A stretch of DNA of 40,308 nucleotides from Coriobacteriia bacterium (GTDB lineage Bacteria > Actinomycetota > Coriobacteriia > Anaerosomatales > JAAXUF01): positions 1-40,308 of the forward strand of contig JBAXEO010000002.1 of NCBI GenBank assembly GCA_037140395.1, in the 5' to 3' direction. Position 1 is the stretch's first letter. Every line of letters starts with the position of its first letter. The position numbers were made by a program, and so were the translations under genes. The notes under the pieces were generated by a model. It was given only the letters and a program-made list of their open reading frames with translations. It ran no database searches and was not told where the DNA came from. Shown here one piece after another: positions 28,188 to 35,984 of this stretch.

Positions 28188-30368
28188 ATGAGTGAACCCA
28201 TCGGCGAAGCAGTCCTCGAGCCGGAGCCGGCAGCTGCCGCCCCGCCAGTGGCCGACCTCGCTTCATCGACGCTCTATCTCAACCGCGAATTGAGCATGCT
28301 CTCCTTTCAGGAGCGCGTGCTTGAGGAGGCCGAGGACCTCGATAACCCGCTGCTCGAGCGGGTCAAGTTCCTCTCCATCTTCAGTTCCAACCTCGCCGAG
28401 TTCTACATGGTGCGCATCGCAGGTCTCAAGCAGCAGGTCCAGGCGGGAGTGCGCGACCTCTCGGCCGACGGGCTGACACCGGCCGAGCAGCTCGCGATCG
28501 TCAGAGAGTCCGCCCGAGGGCTGATCGTGCGCGGGCGTGGGTTGTATCCGCGTCTGAGGGACGAGCTCGCGGGTAACGGAATCTACGTGCTGGGCTACGG
28601 TGAGCTCGACGAGCATCAGCGCGAGGACGCCGACCGCTATTTCAATGACGTTGTCTATCCCGTTCTCACCCCGCTCGCTTTTGACCCGGCACGTCCGTTC
28701 CCACACATCTCCAATCTGAGCCTGAACCTCGCGGTGCTCATCCGCACGTCAGACGGCGAGGAGCGCTTCGCTCGCGTCAAGATGCCCCGCGCACTGCCCA
28801 GGCTGGTGCCGATCTGCTCCGCCGCAGGCGCAGGCCCATCGTGTGACATGAAGGGCGCCGACAAGCGCGGTCGCTCCTACCACTTCGTGTGGCTTGAGCA
28901 GCTCGTCACCGCGCACCTGGGCATGATCTTCCCGGGAATGGAAGTGGTCGAGGCGCACCCCTTCCGTGTTACGCGCGACGCCGACATCGCCATCCAGGAG
29001 CTCGAGGCCGAAGACCTCCTCGAGACGATCGAGGAAGGTGTCCGCCGTCGGCGCTTTGGCTCGGTGGTTCGGGTCACCGTCACACCGTCGTTGCCCGACT
29101 TCGTCCGAGACACGCTGGCCGAGAACCTCAAGCTCGACCCCGAGGACCTGGTCATCGTCGAGCCGCCCATCGGCGCGAGCAACCTCATGGAGCTCTACAA
29201 GATCGATCGTCCCGACCTCAAGGACCCCTCGTTTCGGCCCGCGCAGCTCCCCGGCTACAACGACGCCGAGCACTTCGACCTGTTCGCCGCGATTCGCGAA
29301 CACGACCTCCTGCTACACCGCCCCTTCGATTCCTTTGAGCCGTTCGTCAAGCTGCTCCAGCAGGCCGCCGAGGACCCCGACGTGCTCGCCATCAAGATGA
29401 CGCTGTACCGGGTCGGCCGTGACTCCCCGGTGGTCGAGGCACTCCTCGACGCCGCCGAGAACGGCAAGGAGGTCGCGGCACTCGTCGAGCTCAAGGCCCG
29501 TTTCGACGAGGAGAGCAACATCGGCTGGGCGCGCAAGTTGGAGCAAGCAGGCGTGCACGTGGTCTACGGGGTGCTCGGCCTCAAGACGCACAGCAAAGTC
29601 GCGCTCATCGTTCGCAAAGAGGGCGATCGCGTCCGCCGTTACTTGCATCTGGGCACCGGCAACTACAACGTCGCTACCGCGCTGCAGTACACCGACCTCG
29701 ACCTGCTCATCACCGACGAGACCATGGGCGAAGACGCAAGCGAACTATTCAACTTCCTCACCGGCTATGCGGAGCAAGAGTCCTACGAGAGCTTCCTGGT
29801 CGCCCCGGTGACTATCCGCCAGGGGCTGGAAGAGCTGGTCCGACGCGAAATCGCCCATGCGCGCGCGGGCAGGCCCGCGAGGATGATCCTAAAGATGAAC
29901 TCGCTGGTGGACAGGGCAATCGTGCGCCTGCTCTACGAGGCATCGCAGGCCGGGGTGCAGATCGATCTGATCGTGCGGGGCATGTGCATCCTGCGTCCCG
30001 GCGTGCCGGGCATCAGTGACACCATCTCGGTCACGAGCATTGTTGGGCGGTTTCTGGAGCACACTCGCATCTACTACTTCGAGAACGACGGCGAGCCGAC
30101 GGTGCTCATCGGCAGCGCCGATCTTATGCGGCGCAACCTCGACCGCCGCGTCGAAGTGCTGGCACCAGTCAACGACCCCGCGCTGATTGCTCGGCTGCGA
30201 GGGGAGATCTTGCAGACCTACCTCGACGACAACGTCAAGGCGCGAGTGATGCGCTCGGATGGCTCGTACGTGCGCGTGCATCCCGAGGAAGGCGAGGAGC
30301 GCGTCGATTCCCAGCGCGTCCTCATGGAGGCGTCGGCGAAGAGGTCTGGGCACGAGCCTGATCGATGA
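28188..30368 (+). CDS. ppk: Polyphosphate kinase 1
   Basis: LYLNRELSMLSFQERVLEEA, FLSIFSSNLAEFYMVR, phospho-His region GLKTHSKVALIVR, two PLD-like C-terminal domains. ATG 28188 lies 5 nt after AAGGAGG. The alternative ATG 28098 overlaps the ppx stop (ATGA). Confidence 0.9.
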   Translation: MSEPIGEAVLEPEPAAAAPPVADLASSTLYLNRELSMLSFQERVLEEAEDLDNPLLERVKFLSIFSSNLAEFYMVRIAGLKQQVQAGVRDLSADGLTPAEQLAIVRESARGLIVRGRGLYPRLRDELAGNGIYVLGYGELDEHQREDADRYFNDVVYPVLTPLAFDPARPFPHISNLSLNLAVLIRTSDGEERFARVKMPRALPRLVPICSAAGAGPSCDMKGADKRGRSYHFVWLEQLVTAHLGMIFPGMEVVEAHPFRVTRDADIAIQELEAEDLLETIEEGVRRRRFGSVVRVTVTPSLPDFVRDTLAENLKLDPEDLVIVEPPIGASNLMELYKIDRPDLKDPSFRPAQLPGYNDAEHFDLFAAIREHDLLLHRPFDSFEPFVKLLQQAAEDPDVLAIKMTLYRVGRDSPVVEALLDAAENGKEVAALVELKARFDEESNIGWARKLEQAGVHVVYGVLGLKTHSKVALIVRKEGDRVRRYLHLGTGNYNVATALQYTDLDLLITDETMGEDASELFNFLTGYAEQESYESFLVAPVTIRQGLEELVRREIAHARAGRPARMILKMNSLVDRAIVRLLYEASQAGVQIDLIVRGMCILRPGVPGISDTISVTSIVGRFLEHTRIYYFENDGEPTVLIGSADLMRRNLDRRVEVLAPVNDPALIARLRGEILQTYLDDNVKARVMRSDGSYVRVHPEEGEERVDSQRVLMEASAKRSGHEPDR

Positions 30369-30429
30369 GCCTGGGATTCGTGCGACAGGCATAGGGACCC
30401 GACGGTAGTTGAAAGGGGGGCGAGGACCG

Positions 30430-32214
30430 GTGAAAGCGCTGCTGCGATGGACGCCGGGCCTGCGCTCGCTTTCCGCATACCAGCGAAAGTGGTTGCCCGC
30501 CGACCTCATCGCGGGCCTGGTGCTCGCCGCGGCGCTCGTGCCCGTGGGCATGGCGTATGCCGAGCTCGCCGGGTTGCCGCCCGTGTACGGCCTCTACGCG
30601 AGCCTCGTCCCGCTGCTGTTGTACGCCGTGTTCGGGCCGTCACCGGTGCTGGTGATGGGGCCGGACTCGGCCACCGCCTCGCTCGTGGCGGCCGCGATCG
30701 TCCCGCTCGCGCTTGCGGGCTCGCCGGAGCGCATCGCGCTCGCGGGCATGCTGGCGCTGCTTGTCGGAGCGATGACGCTGGTGGTGGGGATCGCTCGGCT
30801 GGGATTCGTGGCGGCGCTGCTCTCCAAGCCGGTGCGCCTTGGCTACATGAACGGCATCGCGGTAGTTGTGGTAGTCAGCCAACTCCCTAAGATGTTCGGT
30901 TTCAAAGCACCTGCCGAGGGCGTCGTCTTGCAGGTCTTCGAGTTCTCCAAGCGCGTCGGCGCTGTCAACCCGGTGGCAGCAGCGCTCGGGGTGGGATCAC
31001 TCGTCGTGATTCTGGGGCTGCGCGCTTGGATGCCTAAGATCCCCGGGCCGCTCGTCGTCGTCTTCGTGGGCGCGGTTGCAACGGCGCTCTTCCAGCTGCA
31101 GCAGTTCGGCATCGCGACGGTCGGCGTGCTGCCGCAGGGGCTTCCATGGCCGAGCTGGCCTGCGGTGGGAATCCCGCAGACGCTGACGCTTGTCGCGGCC
31201 GCCTTTGGAATCGCCGTCATTTCGCTGACCGACACTAGCGTGCTGTCGCAGTCGTTCGCTGGCCGCTTTGGCTACGAAGTGGACGCCGACGAGGAGTTCA
31301 TCGCGCTTGGCGTGGCCAACATCGCCGCGGGGCTCTTCCAAGGCTTCCCGGTGAGCGGTAGCCAGACTCGCACCGCCATCAACCAGGCTGCCGGTGCCAA
31401 GACACCGCTGTCGGGAATAGTGGCAGCGATCGTCCTCGGCTCCATGCTGGTTGCGACGCCGTGGCTGCTCAAGACCCTGCCGATCCCGGTGCTGGCCGCC
31501 GTGGTTGTCTCGGCGGGATTCGAGCTCGCCGATGTGCGTGGCACCGCCCGGCTTTGGGTGATTCGGCGTACCGAGTTTGCGCTGTCGGTGGCGAGCTTCG
31601 TGGGCGTGATTGCACTCGGCGTGCTGCCGGGTGTCTTCGTCGCGGTGGCGCTTTCGATGCTGAACTTCATCCGCCGCCAGTGGTGGCCGCACGACGCGGT
31701 GCTCGGGCGCGTCCCGGGCGTCAAGGGCTACCACGACATCAGCGAGTTCCCTGAAGCCGAACAGGTGCCGGGGCTGCTGCTCTTCCGCTTCGACGCGCCG
31801 CTCTTCTTTGCCAACGCGGGCATCTTCCGCCACCGCGTGCTGGACCGTATCAAGACGGCCCGAGTGCCCGTGCGCCGTTTCGTTCTGTGCGCCGAGCCCA
31901 TCATCGACGTCGACACCACGGCCGCCGATGTTCTGAGCGAGCTTGTCGGCGAACTACAGTCGCGAAATATCGTGTTTGCGCTTGCCGAGATAAAGCATCC
32001 CGTCCGCGAACACATCGCGCGCTACGGCCTCATCGATCTCATCGGCGCCGACAACATCTTCCCCACGATCGGCAGCGCCGTGCATGAGTACGTGCACGCG
32101 ACTGGTGTGGATTGGGTGGACTGGCAGGACGCCGATGAGCCGGACGCTGCTGTACCGCCTCGGGCGATCGACGACGAGTCCCCGGACGAGAGCGACGAGC
32201 CTTCAAGGAGCTGA
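30430..32214 (+). CDS. SulP family inorganic anion transporter with C-terminal STAS domain
   Basis: LPADLIAGLVLAAALVPVGMAYAELAGLPPVYGLYASLVPLLLYAVFGPS, and the STAS region LLLFRFDAPLFFANAGIFR..VLCAEPIIDVDTTAADVL. GTG 30430 follows GAAAGGGGGGCGAGGA. The track uses TTG 30409. Confidence 0.88.
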   Translation: MKALLRWTPGLRSLSAYQRKWLPADLIAGLVLAAALVPVGMAYAELAGLPPVYGLYASLVPLLLYAVFGPSPVLVMGPDSATASLVAAAIVPLALAGSPERIALAGMLALLVGAMTLVVGIARLGFVAALLSKPVRLGYMNGIAVVVVVSQLPKMFGFKAPAEGVVLQVFEFSKRVGAVNPVAAALGVGSLVVILGLRAWMPKIPGPLVVVFVGAVATALFQLQQFGIATVGVLPQGLPWPSWPAVGIPQTLTLVAAAFGIAVISLTDTSVLSQSFAGRFGYEVDADEEFIALGVANIAAGLFQGFPVSGSQTRTAINQAAGAKTPLSGIVAAIVLGSMLVATPWLLKTLPIPVLAAVVVSAGFELADVRGTARLWVIRRTEFALSVASFVGVIALGVLPGVFVAVALSMLNFIRRQWWPHDAVLGRVPGVKGYHDISEFPEAEQVPGLLLFRFDAPLFFANAGIFRHRVLDRIKTARVPVRRFVLCAEPIIDVDTTAADVLSELVGELQSRNIVFALAEIKHPVREHIARYGLIDLIGADNIFPTIGSAVHEYVHATGVDWVDWQDADEPDAAVPPRAIDDESPDESDEPSRS

Positions 32215-32247
32215 TGGGCCGCTCGGCGGTACGTCGCGAGCGCCAGC

Positions 32248-32775
32248 CTACTTCACCCGCGTCGCGGTCCACGGGCCATCATAAACGAGCGGGCCCGCGG
32301 CGATGTGCACCGTCCCGACGATGCTGTCCCCTGTGACATCACCGATGTATTCGATCGTGACTCCTTGGGCGGAGCCGTCGATCGTGATGCGTTTTCCGTC
32401 GAAGATGACCTCCGGTGCTCCGCCCGCAGTCTTTGCCGAGTAGCCATCGCCGCTCTTGGCGATCACCAAGGTCGTCGACTTGCCCTCAGACCACTTCGGC
32501 TTCGCTGCGGTGCCGTCGTTTCGCATCGGCCGATACGACCACGTGCCTACCGGATCCTCGACGATGACCGCTGCTGGAGGTGGTGTGGCGCTCGCTGCGG
32601 CTGCCGCATCCTCCTGCACCTGGGCATTGAGGGCCCCAATGTCAGCATCTATCGCCTGCTCCCGCACCTTCTGGTCTTCCGGGCTCACGTCCCCAGTCGG
32701 TTCGCATCCCGCAACCGGGAATACGAGCGCGAGCAGCACCAATCCGATCGTCAAGCCGCGTATCGAGCGCTTCAT
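32248..32775 (-). CDS. Lipoprotein with C-terminal ATRVK-ending module (copy 1), family not recognised
   Basis: MKRSIRGLTIGLVLLALVFPVAGC (lipobox). C-terminus VGTWSY..GDGYSAKTAGG..FDGKRITIDG..IGDVTGDSIVGTV..GPWTATRVK-stop. Start moved to ATG 32775. Confidence 0.7.
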   Translation of the reverse strand: MKRSIRGLTIGLVLLALVFPVAGCEPTGDVSPEDQKVREQAIDADIGALNAQVQEDAAAAASATPPPAAVIVEDPVGTWSYRPMRNDGTAAKPKWSEGKSTTLVIAKSGDGYSAKTAGGAPEVIFDGKRITIDGSAQGVTIEYIGDVTGDSIVGTVHIAAGPLVYDGPWTATRVK

Positions 32776-32826
32776 GGCCGATCTCCGTTCTTCAGATTCC
32801 TGCCCCGAGACGATGCGCATTGCCTG

Positions 32827-33450
32827 CTAAGGGGTAGCCTTCGACCACGTCTTGGTCGCCTCGTCGTAGGCGAAGACGATCCCGGTCTTGCCAGCGTCGC
32901 CCGTCATCGTCGAAGCGGTGGGCGGGGCATCGTAGGCGATGAGCTCCCAGGTGTTCTTGCCGTCGGAGCCGGTGTTCTGGACGAGCCGCACGAAGTACTT
33001 GTCGGGATACTCCTTGGCGTACCAGGTCATGAACGCCTCGGGATCGGGCACGCCGCTGAACTGGCTGCCGGCGGCAATCGCGCTGAAGAACGCCGAGGCC
33101 CGTTGATCGAAGGTCATCGAGTCGTCGGCAGGCACGTCAACTGTCTGGTACATCTTGAACGCCGGCACCTTCTTGTTGGTGTAGGTGGTGAGGAAGACGG
33201 TGTAGTCAGCGTCGTGCGAACCGGTCGACTTCTTCTCCGAGATCACCTTGCGGACTTCGAGGTCCCAGTTCGCGGCCTCAGGGCTCGCTTGCCAGACCTT
33301 CATGAGGTCTTCGGCGGTGTACTTGGGTCCGGCGCCCGGGATGACACTTGCGCCGGTTCCCGAGCAGCCGGCAAGTAGGAGCACGGCGAGAGCTGCCGCC
33401 ATGCATGCCACGGTGATGAGGTGGTGCTTGCTGGTGCGCGTGAGGTTCAT
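32827..33450 (-). CDS. Lipoprotein, function unknown
   Basis: MNLTRTSKHHLITVACMAAALAVLLLAGC (perfect lipobox LAGC). The mature part has normal coding composition and no motif I recognise. Start moved to ATG 33450. SD is weak. Confidence 0.6.
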   Translation of the reverse strand: MNLTRTSKHHLITVACMAAALAVLLLAGCSGTGASVIPGAGPKYTAEDLMKVWQASPEAANWDLEVRKVISEKKSTGSHDADYTVFLTTYTNKKVPAFKMYQTVDVPADDSMTFDQRASAFFSAIAAGSQFSGVPDPEAFMTWYAKEYPDKYFVRLVQNTGSDGKNTWELIAYDAPPTASTMTGDAGKTGIVFAYDEATKTWSKATP

Positions 33451-33561
33451 CGGCCCGTCCCGTCTGTCGTCACCTGATCGGTGTCCTGCCGGCACCCTCG
33501 GATATGTCATTGCGGCGTCACCCGCCTCGGCTCGCCGTACGCAGCCTCGGCCCGCGCGCCA

Positions 33562-34182
33562 CTACTTCACGCGCGTCGCCGTCCAAGGGATGTCGAAGAC
33601 GCCCTCCCCGGTGTTCGCCTTCGCCACCACTACATAGTTGACCGTCCCAACAAGGGTGTCACCGACGATGCCGCCAGTGAAGCTGACGGTGTCGCCGCGA
33701 GAGCCCACCTTCTCGCTGACGGTGAAGTGCTTTCCATCGAGCTTGACCGCTCCACCCCCGTCGGTGGCGTAGCCCTCGCCCTTCCTGACGATGACGAAGT
33801 GCCATGCCGCGTCGCCTTCGATCGGGGTCCACACGGGGTTCATCCGATGCTCATCGCGGAAATCTACCTCCCCGTTGGGCCAGTACCACTCTCCGACGAG
33901 GGTGTCCGTGGCTCCCTCCTCGTACTTCATGACCTTGGCGGTCTCCTCGGCTTCGCGACGTGCTTTTGCTTCAAGCTCTTCCTTGACCGCTTCATCCTCC
34001 CGCGCGGCTGAGGAACTCACTTGGGCCCTCGTGGCTGCGGTGCCCGCGCGGCAGCCAACCTGCCTGCCTGCCTGATCGTGATCGCAGGCGGTCAACGAGA
34101 AAGTCAGGGATGCAAGCAGGAGCGCGGCACACGCCAGCTTGGCGATCCGAATGATCACGCTGGCCGTTGGGGAGTGCTTCAT
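33562..34182 (-). CDS. Lipoprotein with charged helical linker and C-terminal ATRVK-ending module (copy 2)
   Basis: Lipobox FSLTAC, linker EDEAVKEELEAKARREAEETAK, then VGEWYW..GEGYATDGGG..LDGKHFTV..GGIVGDTLVGTV..IPWTATRVK-stop. ATG 34182 follows GAAGGAG. Confidence 0.7.
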   Translation of the reverse strand: MKHSPTASVIIRIAKLACAALLLASLTFSLTACDHDQAGRQVGCRAGTAATRAQVSSSAAREDEAVKEELEAKARREAEETAKVMKYEEGATDTLVGEWYWPNGEVDFRDEHRMNPVWTPIEGDAAWHFVIVRKGEGYATDGGGAVKLDGKHFTVSEKVGSRGDTVSFTGGIVGDTLVGTVNYVVVAKANTGEGVFDIPWTATRVK

Positions 34183-34223
34183 GGTGAATCTCCTTCTCCG
34201 CGACTCGCGGGCCGGCGCGCCTA

Positions 34224-35006
34224 CTACTCGGTCCCGATGTTGTCGATGACGAGCTTGCCGTCCTTCTTGACCACGAGATACCAGTTGGTCCACGTCCCCT
34301 CCGACCACTTCTCCTTGACGTAGACCAGATAGCCGCCCTCGCCCTTCTGGGTGTCCACCATCCCGAACTCCTTGAGGTCGTTGGCGGCAAGTGAGTAGTA
34401 GTCCGAGGTCTTCTCGGCGCGGAAGCGCGCGGTTGTGACCGCCTTCGCCTTGGCCGAGTCGCCGTTCATCGCGTCTTGGAGGTACGTCATGACCAAGTCA
34501 ATCGCGCTGCTCTTGGTCAGAGAAACGGTCGGCGCGGGTTCGGGTGCCGGCTCGGCCGCGGGTGCTGTCGGCGCCACGATGGGCGGTGGTTCGGGGGTGG
34601 TCGCCGCAGCCGCTGCGGCGACGGTGGTCTCGCTTGCCGACACCGACCCGCTCGCCGTGACCGAGCCGACGCTGGCCGGCAACTGGGAGAAGTCGGTACC
34701 GGACTTAGGAACGAGTGCTCGAGCGAAGAAGACCCAGCCGATGCCGCAGAGCAAAAGCAGTACGACGACTCCGACTACGATGCCGATAACGAGGCCCGTC
34801 TTGCTGCCGGACGAGCGCGTACTCGGCGGCGCTGCTGCGGCCTGCGCTGGCATCGGCGGCGGTGCGACGGGTTGGGAACCGGGCGGTGCGGGCGGTGGCG
34901 GTGCTCCTCCCAGCAGAGGGGGTGGAGCGCTCGCGAGCGGACCGCCGCAGGTCGCGCAGAAGACGGCATCGTCAGGCATAGTTGCTGCACAGCTTGGGCA
35001 CTGCAT
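34224..35006 (-). CDS. Zinc-ribbon domain membrane protein with Pro-rich linker and extracytoplasmic C-terminal domain
   Basis: MQCPSCAATMPDDAVFCATCGGPL (CxxC..CxxC), a Pro/Ala linker, TM helix GLVIGIVVGVVVLLLLCGIGWVFF, and a C-terminal globular part about 100 aa long. ATG 35006 follows GAGGAGGAG. Confidence 0.75.
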   Translation of the reverse strand: MQCPSCAATMPDDAVFCATCGGPLASAPPPLLGGAPPPPAPPGSQPVAPPPMPAQAAAAPPSTRSSGSKTGLVIGIVVGVVVLLLLCGIGWVFFARALVPKSGTDFSQLPASVGSVTASGSVSASETTVAAAAAATTPEPPPIVAPTAPAAEPAPEPAPTVSLTKSSAIDLVMTYLQDAMNGDSAKAKAVTTARFRAEKTSDYYSLAANDLKEFGMVDTQKGEGGYLVYVKEKWSEGTWTNWYLVVKKDGKLVIDNIGTE

Positions 35007-35063
35007 GGTCTTCTCCTCCTCTGCGAGCGCCGCACAACCGGCGTGCGCTCGAACGAGATGGTT

Positions 35064-35492
35064 CTACTTGAGGCCGCGCTGAATCGTGGCGCTCACCGCG
35101 CCGTTTAAGAACGACACAGTCATAGCTGTTCCAGAATCCGTTCCGTACCACGCGTACTGTGCGACCTTGATGTCGCCAGACGAGCCCTCAGTGATCACCA
35201 TGCCCGGTCCCCCCATGATCGTCTCGACCTCGGAGAGTTTCATCCCCTTCTTGACCTGGTTGAACTTCGCAAGGGTTGCCACGGGCTTGCCAGTATCCGG
35301 TGCTGTCGTTCCTGCGGCGGGACTCGCGGCCTCGGAGGTCGCAGCCGAAGGAGCAGCCGGAGTCTCAGCAGCAGTGCCGGAGCCCGATGATGGGCTGGTG
35401 CCAGCAGTAGGCGCGCTCGGGCTCAGGGCGCATCCCGCAAGCATCAGCGCCACAGCAGACGCACAAGCTACGAGCATGATGGTCCGTTTCAT
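35064..35492 (-). CDS. Small lipoprotein, DUF3862/BLIP-like domain (tentative)
   Basis: MKRTIMLVACASAVALMLAGC (lipobox), a Ser/Ala/Pro linker, then ATLAKFNQVKKGMKLSEVETIMGGPG..AQYAWYG..VSF, the pattern I associate with DUF3862. ATG 35492 follows GGGGGAGAG. Confidence 0.6.
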   Translation of the reverse strand: MKRTIMLVACASAVALMLAGCALSPSAPTAGTSPSSGSGTAAETPAAPSAATSEAASPAAGTTAPDTGKPVATLAKFNQVKKGMKLSEVETIMGGPGMVITEGSSGDIKVAQYAWYGTDSGTAMTVSFLNGAVSATIQRGLK

Positions 35493-35614
35493 GATCTCTC
35501 CCCCAACTGGAGCCCCCGGCTCCGCAGTATGTTGCGCTTCAGCCACGGCCGTTGCGCCCCTCTTTCTTGTGTCCCGCCAGAGGCCGGATGCACCTCACGA
35601 GCGGCCGTCAAACC

Positions 35615-35914
35615 TCACAGCACCGACCAGACACCCGGGCGTATCGCTGCCGCGCCTGCGTACCAGCCGAGACTGACGGTTTGGCCCTCGGCAACGTCGA
35701 CGGTTGTGCTGCTTGCATACGCCTGACGGATGATCAGCCAGCGGTGGTACATCTTCAGCGTGTGCTGGCCCGGCGGCACTGTAAGAGTGTTGAGCCCCCA
35801 GGTACCCTGCGTGGGCTCGCCATCGACCTCAATCGTCGGATTGACGAGATCTTGGGCCACCGAGCCCTTCATGTGGCTGGCCATGACCTCAATCGTTGCC
35901 CTTCCGTCGCTCAT
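35615..35914 (-). CDS. Small (99 aa) hypothetical protein, beta-rich, no signal peptide
   Basis: MSDGRATIEVMASHMKGS..PTIEVDGEPTQGTWGLNTLTVPPGQHTLKMYHRW..VDVAEGQTVSLGWY. ATG 35914 follows GAAGGGGGAA. It is co-directional within the cluster. Confidence 0.55.
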   Translation of the reverse strand: MSDGRATIEVMASHMKGSVAQDLVNPTIEVDGEPTQGTWGLNTLTVPPGQHTLKMYHRWLIIRQAYASSTTVDVAEGQTVSLGWYAGAAAIRPGVWSVL

Positions 35915-35984
35915 GGTTCCCCCTTCAAGTCGTTGCCCCGAGCCTTCGCTATGCCCGGTCCGGCTGCGGGGCAAACTCGCCTGG

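Noticed and set aside
32305-33378. 357-aa plus-strand ORF
   Set aside because: It is antisense to two lipoprotein genes that have SD sites, lipoboxes and normal codon bias. It crosses their intergenic gap.
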